From an uncultured Bacilli bacterium (lineage in GTDB: Bacteria; Bacillota_I; Bacilli_A; RF39; UBA660): a stretch of DNA of 64,000 nt. The stretch's first letter is position 1, and every line of letters starts with the position of its first letter. This document shows positions 47,690 to 57,355 of the stretch, one piece after another. The notes under the pieces are model-generated. The model made no database searches and was not told where the DNA came from. It saw only the letters and a program-made list of their open reading frames with translations. A program made the position numbers and the translations under genes. The DNA lies in NCBI GenBank assembly GCA_947632325.1, contig CANROU010000001.1, forward strand, positions 7,997-71,996, given 5' to 3'.

Positions 47690-48133
47690 TTATTGTTCTA
47701 ATTCTAGTTCATCTTCATCTATTACAACCAAATCTTTTAATTCATCATCTGTTTCTTCATAATCTTCATCATCATCTACATCATCATAATTATCTTCATC
47801 TTCTTTAACGTTATCAATTTCTTCTGTCTTTATTTCATCTAATTCATCATCTTCATCAATGTTCGTTTTCATGATTTTATCAGATGTATGACGACTTCTT
47901 AGATCCCATTTTCCATCTTCCAATAATACAAAGCGTTTATCAGTGGTTAAAGATGTATAGAAATCACCAATTTTATTATTAAAAGTTGCCTCTGATAGAT
48001 TGAGTATTTTTACTATTTCTTTAAAAATATCGGCTGTATTCATCTTCTTTTTTTTCTCTTCTAATAATAAATATGTCAAATCTTTATAAGATAAAGATTC
48101 TAACTCTTCTTGTTTCATTTTTTTTATACTCAT
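47690..48133 (-). CDS. rpoE: DNA-directed RNA polymerase delta subunit
   Basis: N-terminal HARE-HTH-like domain and a long polyacidic D/E-rich C-terminal tail. Confidence 0.75.
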   Translation of the reverse strand: MSIKKMKQEELESLSYKDLTYLLLEEKKKKMNTADIFKEIVKILNLSEATFNNKIGDFYTSLTTDKRFVLLEDGKWDLRSRHTSDKIMKTNIDEDDELDEIKTEEIDNVKEDEDNYDDVDDDEDYEETDDELKDLVVIDEDELELEQ

Positions 48134-48239
48134 AGTCTTCCTCCTATATTACTATATCATTATATGTAGTACAGTCTAAAAACGCACTTGAAACTGCCAC
48201 TTAACTTATATCATTATTTAAATATAAATGCAACTACTT

Positions 48240-49979
48240 TTACATTTTTTCTGGAACAGATATTCCTAATACATCAAGAAGCAGGCTACATACTTGATAA
48301 GTAATTCTTGTTAAAGTTATCCATGTTTCTTTAAGTAATTCATCCTGTTCGCTTAAAACGTGATTTTCAACATAAAATTTATTGTAATTACTAGATAATT
48401 TATATATATATTCGGCAATTCCATTTAATGATTTTTCTTGATAACTATTAGTTAAAACATTAGGCAAACTTAAAAGTAAGACAGCTAATTTTCGATCTGT
48501 ATTATTTTTAAATTTATGAATAAGAGTTTTATTATTACTATTTACTTTGTTTAATAAAGATTTCATCCTGATAACAGAATATAAAACATATGGTCCAGTT
48601 TTGCCTTCAAGATCAGCAAATTTTGTAACATCAAAAATATAATCTTTATTACGGAAAGATAAAAAATCAGCATATTTAATAGTCGCTATAGTTATAATTT
48701 CCGCTATTTTTTCTTGTTCTTCTTGAGTTATTGATGGATTCATTTTTTGATTGATTTCTTTTTTAACTGTTTCTATTAAATCTATTAAAGACATGACTGA
48801 TCCATCTCTTGTTTTAAATGGTTTGCCATCTTTTCCATTCATTGTACCAAATCCAAAATAGTTTAAAACTATATCACTATTAGCTAAACCACTTTTTTTA
48901 GCGGCTCTAAATACTTGTTTAAAATACAATTCCTGACGATTATCTGCAAGATACCAAAGTTCATTTGGTTTAAATCTTTCAATTCTAGATAACAATGTTG
49001 CTAACTCTCTAGTTTGATAAACAGTACCACCATTTTCTTTTACAATAACTAAAGGCGGCATAGGTTCAGTGTCGCTATCTTCTTTAACATCAATAACCAT
49101 AGCTCCAGCACTTTTATATAATAGTTTTTGATCATTCAATATTTTAAGTACTTTATCAATATATGGATAAGCATCCATTTCACCTTCCCAAAGATCAAAA
49201 TCAACATTTATTCTTTTATAAATATTTTTAATATCTTTAATCGATAATTCCTTGATAGCTTTCCATAAAGCCAAATAACCTGGATGCCCTTGTTCCAATT
49301 GCACTGTAATATCTCTTACCTCATTTAAAACGGCTTCATCCTCTTTAGCTCTAAGGGATCCTGTTGGATATATTTCTTTTAAGTCTTCAACATTAATCGG
49401 TAACACATCATAGCTATCATGGGGCTTTCCATCAAAATAATTTAACTGTGGATAGCGTCTTTTTATTTCATAAATAACAATTCCTGATTGTCTACCAATA
49501 TCACCAAAATGAACATCAGCAATAACTTCATTTCCTAATAATCGAGCCAAACGTTTTAGAGCTTCCCCTATATTAGCACTTCTTAAATGTCCAACATGTA
49601 ACGCTTTAGCAATATTAGCTCCTCCATAGTCTATAAATATTTTTTTACCTTCTGTCATATCTATATTATTCTTAATGTCTTCTTGCATCATATTTAAAGC
49701 TTGATTTAAAAAAGTTGTTTTAAACGTTACATTTAAAAAACCTGGTCCGGCGATAGTAATGTTATCAAAAAAGGAACTATCCTGTAAAACTGCTTTTATT
49801 TTTTCGGCAATAGAAAGAGGATTTTCATGATATTTTTTAGCTAATAACATCGGCTCTGTTATTTGGTATTCTCCTAAATCTTGACGATTAGATTCTTGAA
49901 AATGAACATCATCAATTTCATATCCTAGTTTATTAATGGCAGTAGTTAATTCCTTTTTTAATTGGTTAATAATACTCAT
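48240..49979 (-). CDS. argS: arginine--tRNA ligase
   Basis: HIGH motif region (ALHVGHLRS) and class I ArgRS architecture, 579 aa. Confidence 0.9.
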   Translation of the reverse strand: MSIINQLKKELTTAINKLGYEIDDVHFQESNRQDLGEYQITEPMLLAKKYHENPLSIAEKIKAVLQDSSFFDNITIAGPGFLNVTFKTTFLNQALNMMQEDIKNNIDMTEGKKIFIDYGGANIAKALHVGHLRSANIGEALKRLARLLGNEVIADVHFGDIGRQSGIVIYEIKRRYPQLNYFDGKPHDSYDVLPINVEDLKEIYPTGSLRAKEDEAVLNEVRDITVQLEQGHPGYLALWKAIKELSIKDIKNIYKRINVDFDLWEGEMDAYPYIDKVLKILNDQKLLYKSAGAMVIDVKEDSDTEPMPPLVIVKENGGTVYQTRELATLLSRIERFKPNELWYLADNRQELYFKQVFRAAKKSGLANSDIVLNYFGFGTMNGKDGKPFKTRDGSVMSLIDLIETVKKEINQKMNPSITQEEQEKIAEIITIATIKYADFLSFRNKDYIFDVTKFADLEGKTGPYVLYSVIRMKSLLNKVNSNNKTLIHKFKNNTDRKLAVLLLSLPNVLTNSYQEKSLNGIAEYIYKLSSNYNKFYVENHVLSEQDELLKETWITLTRITYQVCSLLLDVLGISVPEKM

Positions 49980-50003
49980 ACTTTCACCTCTATCTATATT
50001 GTC

Positions 50004-50468
50004 TTATTTATTATTTTTTATTCTTTTTTGATAAGAAAAAATTATAATCCTTGTAAAATTATCACCTTTTATTAGATATTTTATGGAAATATTATTAGTC
50101 TTTTTTTCAAGTGATTGCGTAATAAACGGAACATCACACGATACGTTATTTTCCTTAATTAAAAGAGTAGCTTGTGTTTCTTTGTTGAGCATATATGGGA
50201 AAATTAATTTTAAATTTTTATTATCTTTAACAAATATATTGTTTACTAGATCGAAGGAATATTCATTTATACCATTTATATCTTTGTTTTTCCAACAAAT
50301 TATTTCCTCACTTTTAGTGCCAGATCCTGAAATATCGTATTCTATTCCATCTTCAATTATTTTCCCAATTACTGTAATATTTAACATGCATTTCTCCTTA
50401 AAATTTCTACTTTGCATTATAACACAACTTAATACAATTGAATACATATTTTCATCATTTTTTTTCAT
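50004..50468 (-). CDS. hypothetical protein (possibly a DUF1934/YwiB-like beta-barrel cotranscribed with argS)
   Basis: 154 aa, 24 bp upstream of argS on the same strand. Confidence 0.35.
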   Translation of the reverse strand: MKKNDENMYSIVLSCVIMQSRNFKEKCMLNITVIGKIIEDGIEYDISGSGTKSEEIICWKNKDINGINEYSFDLVNNIFVKDNKNLKLIFPYMLNKETQATLLIKENNVSCDVPFITQSLEKKTNNISIKYLIKGDNFTRIIIFSYQKRIKNNK

Positions 50469-50495
50469 AATAACTTTAGAAAGGTTGATTGATAA

Positions 50496-52454
50496 GTGAT
50501 GAAAGCATTAAAAAAAAGTTTAAAAATATGTGGATTTATTATTGCCTTTTTTATTATAGGCAATATTTTAGCTTATGCTTATGCCAAAATAACACCTAAA
50601 TTACAAATTAAAAGCGCTAATAGCTTAGCTTTATATGATAATAAAAATCAACTTTTTTTTCAAGGTACAGGATCCAAAGAATGGATAGCTTTAGATAATA
50701 TATCAAAAGATTTAATAAACGCTACCATTGTTTCAGAAGATAAAAATTTTTATAAGCATCGAGGATTTGATTTTTTAAGAATTATTAAGGCCTCTTATAC
50801 TAATATTATTACACATTCTAAAAAAGAAGGAGCATCAACCATTTCACAACAATATGCTAAGAATCTTTTTTTAGATTTTGATAAAACTTTGAAACGAAAA
50901 TGGGATGAATTATGGTTAACTTTAGAACTAGAAGTTCATTATACTAAAGATGAAATATTAGAAGGATATTTAAATACTATCAATTATGGTCATGGTATGT
51001 ACGGCATTGAAAATGCTGCTAAATTTTATTTTGATAAAAGTGCTGCTGACTTAACCTTAGCCGAAGCAGCTATGTTAACCGGTATCCCTAAGTCCCCAAG
51101 TAATTACTCTCCTTTAGTTAATGAAAAACTGGCTAAACAAAGGCAAGAAAACATTTTACAATTAATGGTTAAAAACAAATATATTACGGAAGATGATATG
51201 ACCAAAGCTTTAAATGAAGAGCTTCATTATATTGGTAAAAAAGATTTAATTGATTTAGATACAGTTATGTATTATCAAGACGCTGTTATCAGAGAACTTA
51301 ATACTATTGATGCAATACCATCTTCTTTCTTGGATACCGGAGGTTTAAAGATTTATACTAATTTAGATATTGAAGCCCAAACTGCTCTTGAAAATAATAT
51401 TAAAAATATTATGCCTAATGATTCTTCTTTAGAAGTTGCCGCCGTTATGATGAATCCTAATGATGGTAAGATATTAGCTTTAACAGGAGGTAGAAATTAC
51501 AGTAGTTCACAATATAATAGAGCAGTACAAGCCAAAAGACAAGTGGGATCAACTATGAAACCCTTTTTATATTATGCAGCATTGGAAAATGGTTTTACTT
51601 CGAGCACTACTTTTACTAGCGAGGAGACCACCTTTACTTTTTCTAACAACGAAACATATTCTCCTCAAAACTATAATGCTACTTATGGTAATAAACCAAT
51701 TTGTATGGCTACAGCTATTGCTTACTCTGAAAATATATATGCTGTTAAAACCCATATGTTTTTAGGGGAAGATACTTTGGTTAATATGGCTAAAAGAGTT
51801 GGTATTACAGCAGATTTAAAGCCTGTCCCCTCATTACCCCTTGGTACAGGAGAAATAAGTATTATTGAAATGGCCGCTGGTTATTCAGCCTTTGCTAATG
51901 AAGGTTATAAAATAAAACCTCATTTAATTACTAAGGTTGAAGATATTTATGGTAATGTCTTATATGAACATGAAAATATTAAAGAGAATATTTTAAATAA
52001 AAATTTGACTTTCATTTTAAATAATATGTTAACTGCTACATATGATTCTAACTATATTGATTATAACTATCCAACAGCTATTAATTTAGCTGCTAGAATG
52101 ACTCATAAATACGCTTTAAAAACAGGAACAACAGACACTGATAATTGGGCCATTGGTTTTAATAATGCGGCTGTTACAGCTGTATGGGTTGGTTATGATA
52201 ATAATCAAGAAATTGTCCCTAGTGAATATAAGTATGCTTCTAATATATGGTTAGATACAATGGAGGCTTATGAGCAAAATATGACTGGAGATTTATGGTA
52301 TGAGCAGCCAGAAAATGTCTCTTCCATTTTAGTTGAACCAATATCTGGTAAACCAGCAACTGTAGATAGTCAAAAAAAGAAGGTTATGTACTTTGTTAAA
52401 GGTACTGAACCTTCTAATGACGATCCGGTTTTTGATGAGGTCATTAACCATTGA
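50496..52454 (+). CDS. class A penicillin-binding protein (GT51 transglycosylase + transpeptidase)
   Basis: N-terminal TM helix. GT51 motifs (EDKNFYKHRGFD, RKWDE). Transpeptidase STMKP (SxxK) with SxN and KTGT-like boxes. Confidence 0.85.
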   Translation: MMKALKKSLKICGFIIAFFIIGNILAYAYAKITPKLQIKSANSLALYDNKNQLFFQGTGSKEWIALDNISKDLINATIVSEDKNFYKHRGFDFLRIIKASYTNIITHSKKEGASTISQQYAKNLFLDFDKTLKRKWDELWLTLELEVHYTKDEILEGYLNTINYGHGMYGIENAAKFYFDKSAADLTLAEAAMLTGIPKSPSNYSPLVNEKLAKQRQENILQLMVKNKYITEDDMTKALNEELHYIGKKDLIDLDTVMYYQDAVIRELNTIDAIPSSFLDTGGLKIYTNLDIEAQTALENNIKNIMPNDSSLEVAAVMMNPNDGKILALTGGRNYSSSQYNRAVQAKRQVGSTMKPFLYYAALENGFTSSTTFTSEETTFTFSNNETYSPQNYNATYGNKPICMATAIAYSENIYAVKTHMFLGEDTLVNMAKRVGITADLKPVPSLPLGTGEISIIEMAAGYSAFANEGYKIKPHLITKVEDIYGNVLYEHENIKENILNKNLTFILNNMLTATYDSNYIDYNYPTAINLAARMTHKYALKTGTTDTDNWAIGFNNAAVTAVWVGYDNNQEIVPSEYKYASNIWLDTMEAYEQNMTGDLWYEQPENVSSILVEPISGKPATVDSQKKKVMYFVKGTEPSNDDPVFDEVINH

Positions 52455-53012
52455 TTATAATATATCTACATAATCGCCAGTTTTAAGAAACATCCCATTA
52501 GCATCGTCCGTATCTAAATGTAACTCTAATTTATAATTTGGTCCTACTTTCAGTTTAACATGATCTAATACACCACCTTTAGGACCTTTAACAGTTACTT
52601 GAACTTCCTTTTTATTTTGTAATCCTAATTTATTTTGATCATTAGGATTCATGTGAATATGTCTAGTTGCAATAATAACACATTTCTTACTTATGGAAGC
52701 TTTAGTTCCTACAATAGTAATTTCACTAGCACCTTGCAAATCACCTGAATCACGGATTGGTGGATCTATTCCTAATTTATATGCATCTGTTTTAGAAAGT
52801 TCAACTTGCGTATACGATCTAAAAGGTAATAAGACTCTTACGTTTTCTATAGAACCTTTCTTAGTTTGTAATGTTGCTGTTAAATTAGATGCATATTCTC
52901 CAGGTTGCTGTAACTGTTTTTCTTTTATTATAAGCGTATCACCAAAAAGTATTTCATAATCTTCTTGTGTTAGATGAATATGGTGATTTGATATTCCAAC
53001 TTGTACTTGCAT
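52455..53012 (-). CDS. pduL: PduL-type phosphate propanoyl/acetyltransferase
   Basis: VGISNHHIHLTQED...QPGEYA...VRVL...TQVELSKTDA and a second half ATRHIHMNP...GD.V match the two-repeat PduL fold. Confidence 0.6.
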   Translation of the reverse strand: MQVQVGISNHHIHLTQEDYEILFGDTLIIKEKQLQQPGEYASNLTATLQTKKGSIENVRVLLPFRSYTQVELSKTDAYKLGIDPPIRDSGDLQGASEITIVGTKASISKKCVIIATRHIHMNPNDQNKLGLQNKKEVQVTVKGPKGGVLDHVKLKVGPNYKLELHLDTDDANGMFLKTGDYVDIL

Positions 53013-53104
53013 TCAATATCTCTTCTTCCTTTTTATATTTAATTTCATTATATCATGTTTCTGGAAATATTTTTCTTCCTTTTACATAAACTTGTTGTGA
53101 AAGG

Positions 53105-53449
53105 ATGTTATATATGAACAATAATTATTATCCTAATTATACTCCACCAATTACCGTTCCATCTCAGGGAGGAACTCAACCGCCTATTCAAAATATTCCA
53201 ACCACTATTCCTCAACCTATGCCTTATGCTGAAAATTTATTGAAATTAAATGTTGGAAAAAGAGCTACTTTTTATATGTCATATTCTGATTCTGTTGAAT
53301 GGCGAGATAAAACATTCACGGGAATTATTGAAGATGCTGGACGAGATTATGCCTTGATTAATGATACTGATACAGGACGTTGGTGGCTGTTATGGTTAGT
53401 ATATATTAATTATGTGGAATTTGATCAACCGATTACTTATTCTAGGTAA
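53105..53449 (+). CDS. gerQ: spore coat protein GerQ (YwdL)
   Basis: ENLLKLNVGKRATFYMSYSDSVEWRDKTFTGIIEDAGRDYALINDTDTGRWWLLWLVYINYVEFD aligns closely with the conserved B. subtilis GerQ C-terminal domain. The start may be the ATG at 53114. Confidence 0.8.
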   Translation: MLYMNNNYYPNYTPPITVPSQGGTQPPIQNIPTTIPQPMPYAENLLKLNVGKRATFYMSYSDSVEWRDKTFTGIIEDAGRDYALINDTDTGRWWLLWLVYINYVEFDQPITYSR

Positions 53450-53518
53450 TTCGGTTTTTCTTTACTCTTGTTTTGTAGTAATTATTTTGGTATAATTTAA
53501 TTGTTATAATGAGGTGAT

Positions 53519-54055
53519 TTGATGTTATATGGTGTAATTATTTTAGTTATAATTTTAGCAGCTTTAGGAATTTTATTTATTACCTATTTTAATCAATTTA
53601 AATTTAGCTTAGTTAAAATAGCTGAAGCTGAAAATAATATGAATCTTTTGTTAGAAAAAAAATTAGATTGTCTACTACGCATTCAAAATATTATTGAAAA
53701 AAAATTACAGGATGATGAGAAAAAAGAATTTAATGTCAAGCAAATAAAAATTAAATTATTAGATCATTTTAAATTAAGAGAAAAACTTAGTGACAATGAA
53801 AAAGCCCTTAATAAGATTTTAGATCATCGTATTAAATTAGCAGAAATGAAAAATGTCCCTAATATATTAGAAGAATTAAAAGATACTGATACCGATATTG
53901 AAGCTATTAGAAAATACTATAATGATCATGCTGAATTATTTAATCATTTGGTTCATCATTTTCCCTCCAATTTATTAGCTATTTTTCTTCATTATCATGA
54001 AAAAGAACTTTATGCTGACGAAGTAAAGGATACTTTAGAAATTTTAAAAGATTAA
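53519..54055 (+). CDS. LemA-family membrane protein
   Basis: N-terminal TM helix, a coiled region, and a C-terminal YNDHAELFNHLVHHFPSNLLA LemA-like block. Confidence 0.45.
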   Translation: MMLYGVIILVIILAALGILFITYFNQFKFSLVKIAEAENNMNLLLEKKLDCLLRIQNIIEKKLQDDEKKEFNVKQIKIKLLDHFKLREKLSDNEKALNKILDHRIKLAEMKNVPNILEELKDTDTDIEAIRKYYNDHAELFNHLVHHFPSNLLAIFLHYHEKELYADEVKDTLEILKD

Positions 54056-54075
54056 TTCCTAAAGCTTTTACTTTT

Positions 54076-54738
54076 TTATTTTATCTGCCAATTTATTGGT
54101 TTTAGTCCCCTGGATTGTAAAAAATCATTAGTTTTAGAAAAAGGTTTACTGCCGAAAAAGCCTTGATAAGCTGATAATGGCGAAGGGTGTGCAGATTCCA
54201 CAATATAATGGATAGGATTAGTGATAAGATTTTTCTTGCTTCTAGCATAACTACCCCATAATATAAATACCAATGGGGTTGTTTTATTGTTTAATATTTT
54301 GATGACAGAATCAGTAAATATTTCCCATCCCTTATCTTTGTGCGAAGCTGGTTTATCTTTTTCTACAGTTAGGACAGCATTTAATAACATAACGCCCTCA
54401 CGAGTCCAAGGAATTAGGCTACCTCTTTGGGGTATAGGATAACCTAAATCATCATTTAATTCTTTAAAAATATTCTGTAATGATGGTGGCTGTTTAATAC
54501 CCTTCCTCACAGAAAAAGCTAATCCTTGCGCTTGATGAAGTCCATGATAAGGATCTTGTCCTAATAATAAAACTTTAACTTTATTATAAGGTGTATAGCG
54601 AAAAGCATTAAATATTTCTATTTGTTTAGGATAAATTGTTTTTTCTTTATATTCTTTACTTATAAATTCTAATAATTGTTTGAAATATTCTTTTTGATAC
54701 TCTTCTTTTAATAATTCATCCCACTCATTTCCTATCAT
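54076..54738 (-). CDS. ung: uracil-DNA glycosylase (family 1)
   Basis: GQDPYHG, AQGLAFSV and the C-terminal HPSPLSA motif. Confidence 0.85.
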   Translation of the reverse strand: MIGNEWDELLKEEYQKEYFKQLLEFISKEYKEKTIYPKQIEIFNAFRYTPYNKVKVLLLGQDPYHGLHQAQGLAFSVRKGIKQPPSLQNIFKELNDDLGYPIPQRGSLIPWTREGVMLLNAVLTVEKDKPASHKDKGWEIFTDSVIKILNNKTTPLVFILWGSYARSKKNLITNPIHYIVESAHPSPLSAYQGFFGSKPFSKTNDFLQSRGLKPINWQIK

Positions 54739-54763
54739 AAAATCACTCCTTATGCATATTATA

Positions 54764-56071
54764 TCATGTTTTATGTTGCTTTTTTATTTTATATTGATCC
54801 CATTCATATTGGATATCTTTTCGCATACTCATAATTGAGTATATATTTATAATAGCCATTATAGCTACGAAAATATCTACTATTTTCCACAAAAAATTAG
54901 CACTAGCTATGCTGCCATAGATTAACAAAATTAAAGTTATTATTTTAAGATATAATAAGTGTTTACTTTTGCACTTAGGATAAAGATACTGTAAGCCACT
55001 TTCTCCGTAATAGTATCCTGTTATAACAGTAGAAAAAGCAAATAATATGATAGCTATAATCAAAATCCATTGACCTATGTTTCCAAGATGATAATCTAGA
55101 GCATAATGAATTATTTCTATTCCATTAATATCATGAAAAGAAAAATTAGTATAATTAGAAGTTAAAATAATAAAAGCTGTTGAAGTACAAACTATTAAAC
55201 TAGTAAAATATATCCCCAGGATTTGAATTAGACCTTGCCCTACTGGATTATTTGAATCACTAGTAGCTGAGGCAATAGCACCACTACCTATGCCGGCTTC
55301 ACTGGAAAAAATTCCTCTTTGAACCCCAATAATCATAGAGCTTATTACGCCTGCACCTAAACTTTTAAAGTTAAAGGCTTCTTTTATTATGGAAAGAAAA
55401 ATTAAAGGTATTTTATCAATATTAACTAAAATAATAAAGATGGATACTATTAAATAACCTATACCCATTAGAGGAACTAATTTCCCAGTAGTTTCGGCAA
55501 TTCCTTTCACTCCTTTAATAATTATACTACCTGCTATAAGAGCTATTATTATTCCAATTAAAAGTGGTGGTAAATTTATCTTGGTTATAATACTTTTAGT
55601 AATTGTATTAGCTTGTATTGTTAAAAAACCTAATAAATAAGCTATCATAATTAAAATACTATATAATTTAGCCAAACCTTTTTTTCCTAAACCTTTATCT
55701 ATGTAATAAGATGGTCCTCCTTTATAATAAATTCCTGCTTTTTCTTTATATATTACTCCTAGGCAACTTTCTACAAAAGCATTAGGAGCGGTTATAATTG
55801 ATGATATCCATAACCAAAAAATGCTGCCTATACCTCCTACATAAATTGCTAAAGCTACTCCCGCTAAAGAACCAACTCCTATTCTAGCAGCTGTTGCCAT
55901 CATCAGGGATTGAAAAGGTGTAATTTTGACTTGGCCTTTTACTTTAAATCCACGAAACATTTCTTTAAATTTAAACTGGACAAAATGGGTTTTAATTGAA
56001 AAATACACGCCACTTGTAACTAAAAATATTGTAGCTATCCCCCAAAGTATTTTATTTATATTATCTAGCAT
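54764..56071 (-). CDS. alanine/glycine:cation symporter (AGCS family)
   Basis: 435-aa polytopic transporter with the conserved AGCS N-terminal block (FQSLMMATAARIGVGSLAGVA). Confidence 0.7.
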   Translation of the reverse strand: MLDNINKILWGIATIFLVTSGVYFSIKTHFVQFKFKEMFRGFKVKGQVKITPFQSLMMATAARIGVGSLAGVALAIYVGGIGSIFWLWISSIITAPNAFVESCLGVIYKEKAGIYYKGGPSYYIDKGLGKKGLAKLYSILIMIAYLLGFLTIQANTITKSIITKINLPPLLIGIIIALIAGSIIIKGVKGIAETTGKLVPLMGIGYLIVSIFIILVNIDKIPLIFLSIIKEAFNFKSLGAGVISSMIIGVQRGIFSSEAGIGSGAIASATSDSNNPVGQGLIQILGIYFTSLIVCTSTAFIILTSNYTNFSFHDINGIEIIHYALDYHLGNIGQWILIIAIILFAFSTVITGYYYGESGLQYLYPKCKSKHLLYLKIITLILLIYGSIASANFLWKIVDIFVAIMAIINIYSIMSMRKDIQYEWDQYKIKKQHKT

Positions 56072-56118
56072 ATCATCATCACCACTATTATAATATTCTT
56101 TATTCTGTTATATTTTTG

Positions 56119-56150
56119 TCAAAAAAAGAAAGCTATTTATGATAGCTTTC
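56119..56150 (-). terminator. rho-independent terminator of rlmH (overlaps its stop codon)
   Basis: GAAAGCTAT-ttatg-ATAGCTTTC stem, followed on the minus strand by U7. Confidence 0.6.
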
Positions 56151-56588
56151 GTTATTACTTATTTTATATGATCTATAAAGCTGTTCTAAAAGAATAATTC
56201 TAAATAATTGATGGGGAAAGGTCATTTTAGAAAATGATAAGGTGAAATTTGCTCTTTTTTTAATATTAGGCGATAAGCCATAACTACCACCTATTATAAA
56301 GCAGATATCGCTGTGATTATTATATATACTCATTAATTTATTAGAAAATTCAACTGAATTTAATTGGTCCCCTTCAATAGACATAACGATAACATAATCT
56401 TTATTGTCTATAAAGCGATTAATTCTATTCTCTTCAATCGATAATACTTTGTTTTTTTCAGCGATACCTTCATCAGCTACTTCAATAATTTTTAATTTAG
56501 TATACTTTGTTAAGCGTTTTTGATATTCACTGATAGCTTGTTGTAAATATTTTTCTTTTATTTTACCAACACATATTATTTTTATCAT
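56133..56588 (-). CDS. rlmH: 23S rRNA (pseudouridine1915-N3)-methyltransferase RlmH
   Basis: SPOUT-fold YbeA family: MIKIICVGKIKEKY...FIIGGSYGLS. Confidence 0.85.
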   Translation of the reverse strand: MIKIICVGKIKEKYLQQAISEYQKRLTKYTKLKIIEVADEGIAEKNKVLSIEENRINRFIDNKDYVIVMSIEGDQLNSVEFSNKLMSIYNNHSDICFIIGGSYGLSPNIKKRANFTLSFSKMTFPHQLFRIILLEQLYRSYKISNNESYHK

Positions 56589-56599
56589 TATAACCTCTT

Positions 56600-57355
56600 T
56601 TATATTACTATTAAATCAGTAGGTACTTCTTGATTAGCAACTAATATTTTTATATTATCATCTTTGATATTGTTGTATGTTTCTTGATAGGCTAATTGTT
56701 CAGTGTTATTTTGTTCACTTAAATGAGCTAAAATTATATATTTAGTATTGCTTCCTACCAGTTGTTTTAAATATCCAGCAGTACTTTTATTAGACAAGTG
56801 TCCCCTATCACTTATAATTCTTTGTTTAAGATTATATGGATAAGGTCCTTCCATCAACATTTTTTCATCATGATTACTTTCAATTATATATATACTTTTG
56901 TTTTGCATTCTAGTTAAATAACGTCTATTTATATATCCAGTATCCGTAATATAAACTAAGGTGTCTTTTATATTGTTAATAATGTATGCAACTGAAGTGT
57001 TGGTATCATGAGAAGTATATAATAATTCAATGTTAAAATCCAACAAAGAGAATTTATCATCAATAAAAACTACATGTTCTAAATCTATAATCGATTTTAA
57101 TTCTTCATACATTGAAGAAGGAATATAACATTTTAAGGATGTTTTTTTTAAAAGAACTGCTAAACCTTGAATATGATCTTTATGAGCATGAGTAATTAAG
57201 ATAGCATTTAAATCTAAAGGTGTAAGTGCTCTTTTAGACAATTTATAGCATAATGTTTTATAAGAAATGCCAACATCAATTAAAATATGTCCTAAATGGC
57301 TTGATACAATTGTGCAGTTGCCTTTTGATCCACTAGCTAATACTTGTACTTGCAT
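56600..57355 (-). CDS. MBL-fold metallo-hydrolase (YycJ/WalJ-like)
   Basis: HxHxDH motif ITHAHKDHIQG. The N-terminal MQVQVLASGSKGNCT is typical of YycJ. Confidence 0.75.
   Translation of the reverse strand: MQVQVLASGSKGNCTIVSSHLGHILIDVGISYKTLCYKLSKRALTPLDLNAILITHAHKDHIQGLAVLLKKTSLKCYIPSSMYEELKSIIDLEHVVFIDDKFSLLDFNIELLYTSHDTNTSVAYIINNIKDTLVYITDTGYINRRYLTRMQNKSIYIIESNHDEKMLMEGPYPYNLKQRIISDRGHLSNKSTAGYLKQLVGSNTKYIILAHLSEQNNTEQLAYQETYNNIKDDNIKILVANQEVPTDLIVI

Noticed and set aside
50083-50499. 138-aa plus-strand ORF antisense to the argS-upstream gene
   Set aside because: The choice is ambiguous. The minus-strand ORF was preferred because it lies 24 bp upstream of argS in operon-like arrangement. 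Neither ORF has strong motifs.
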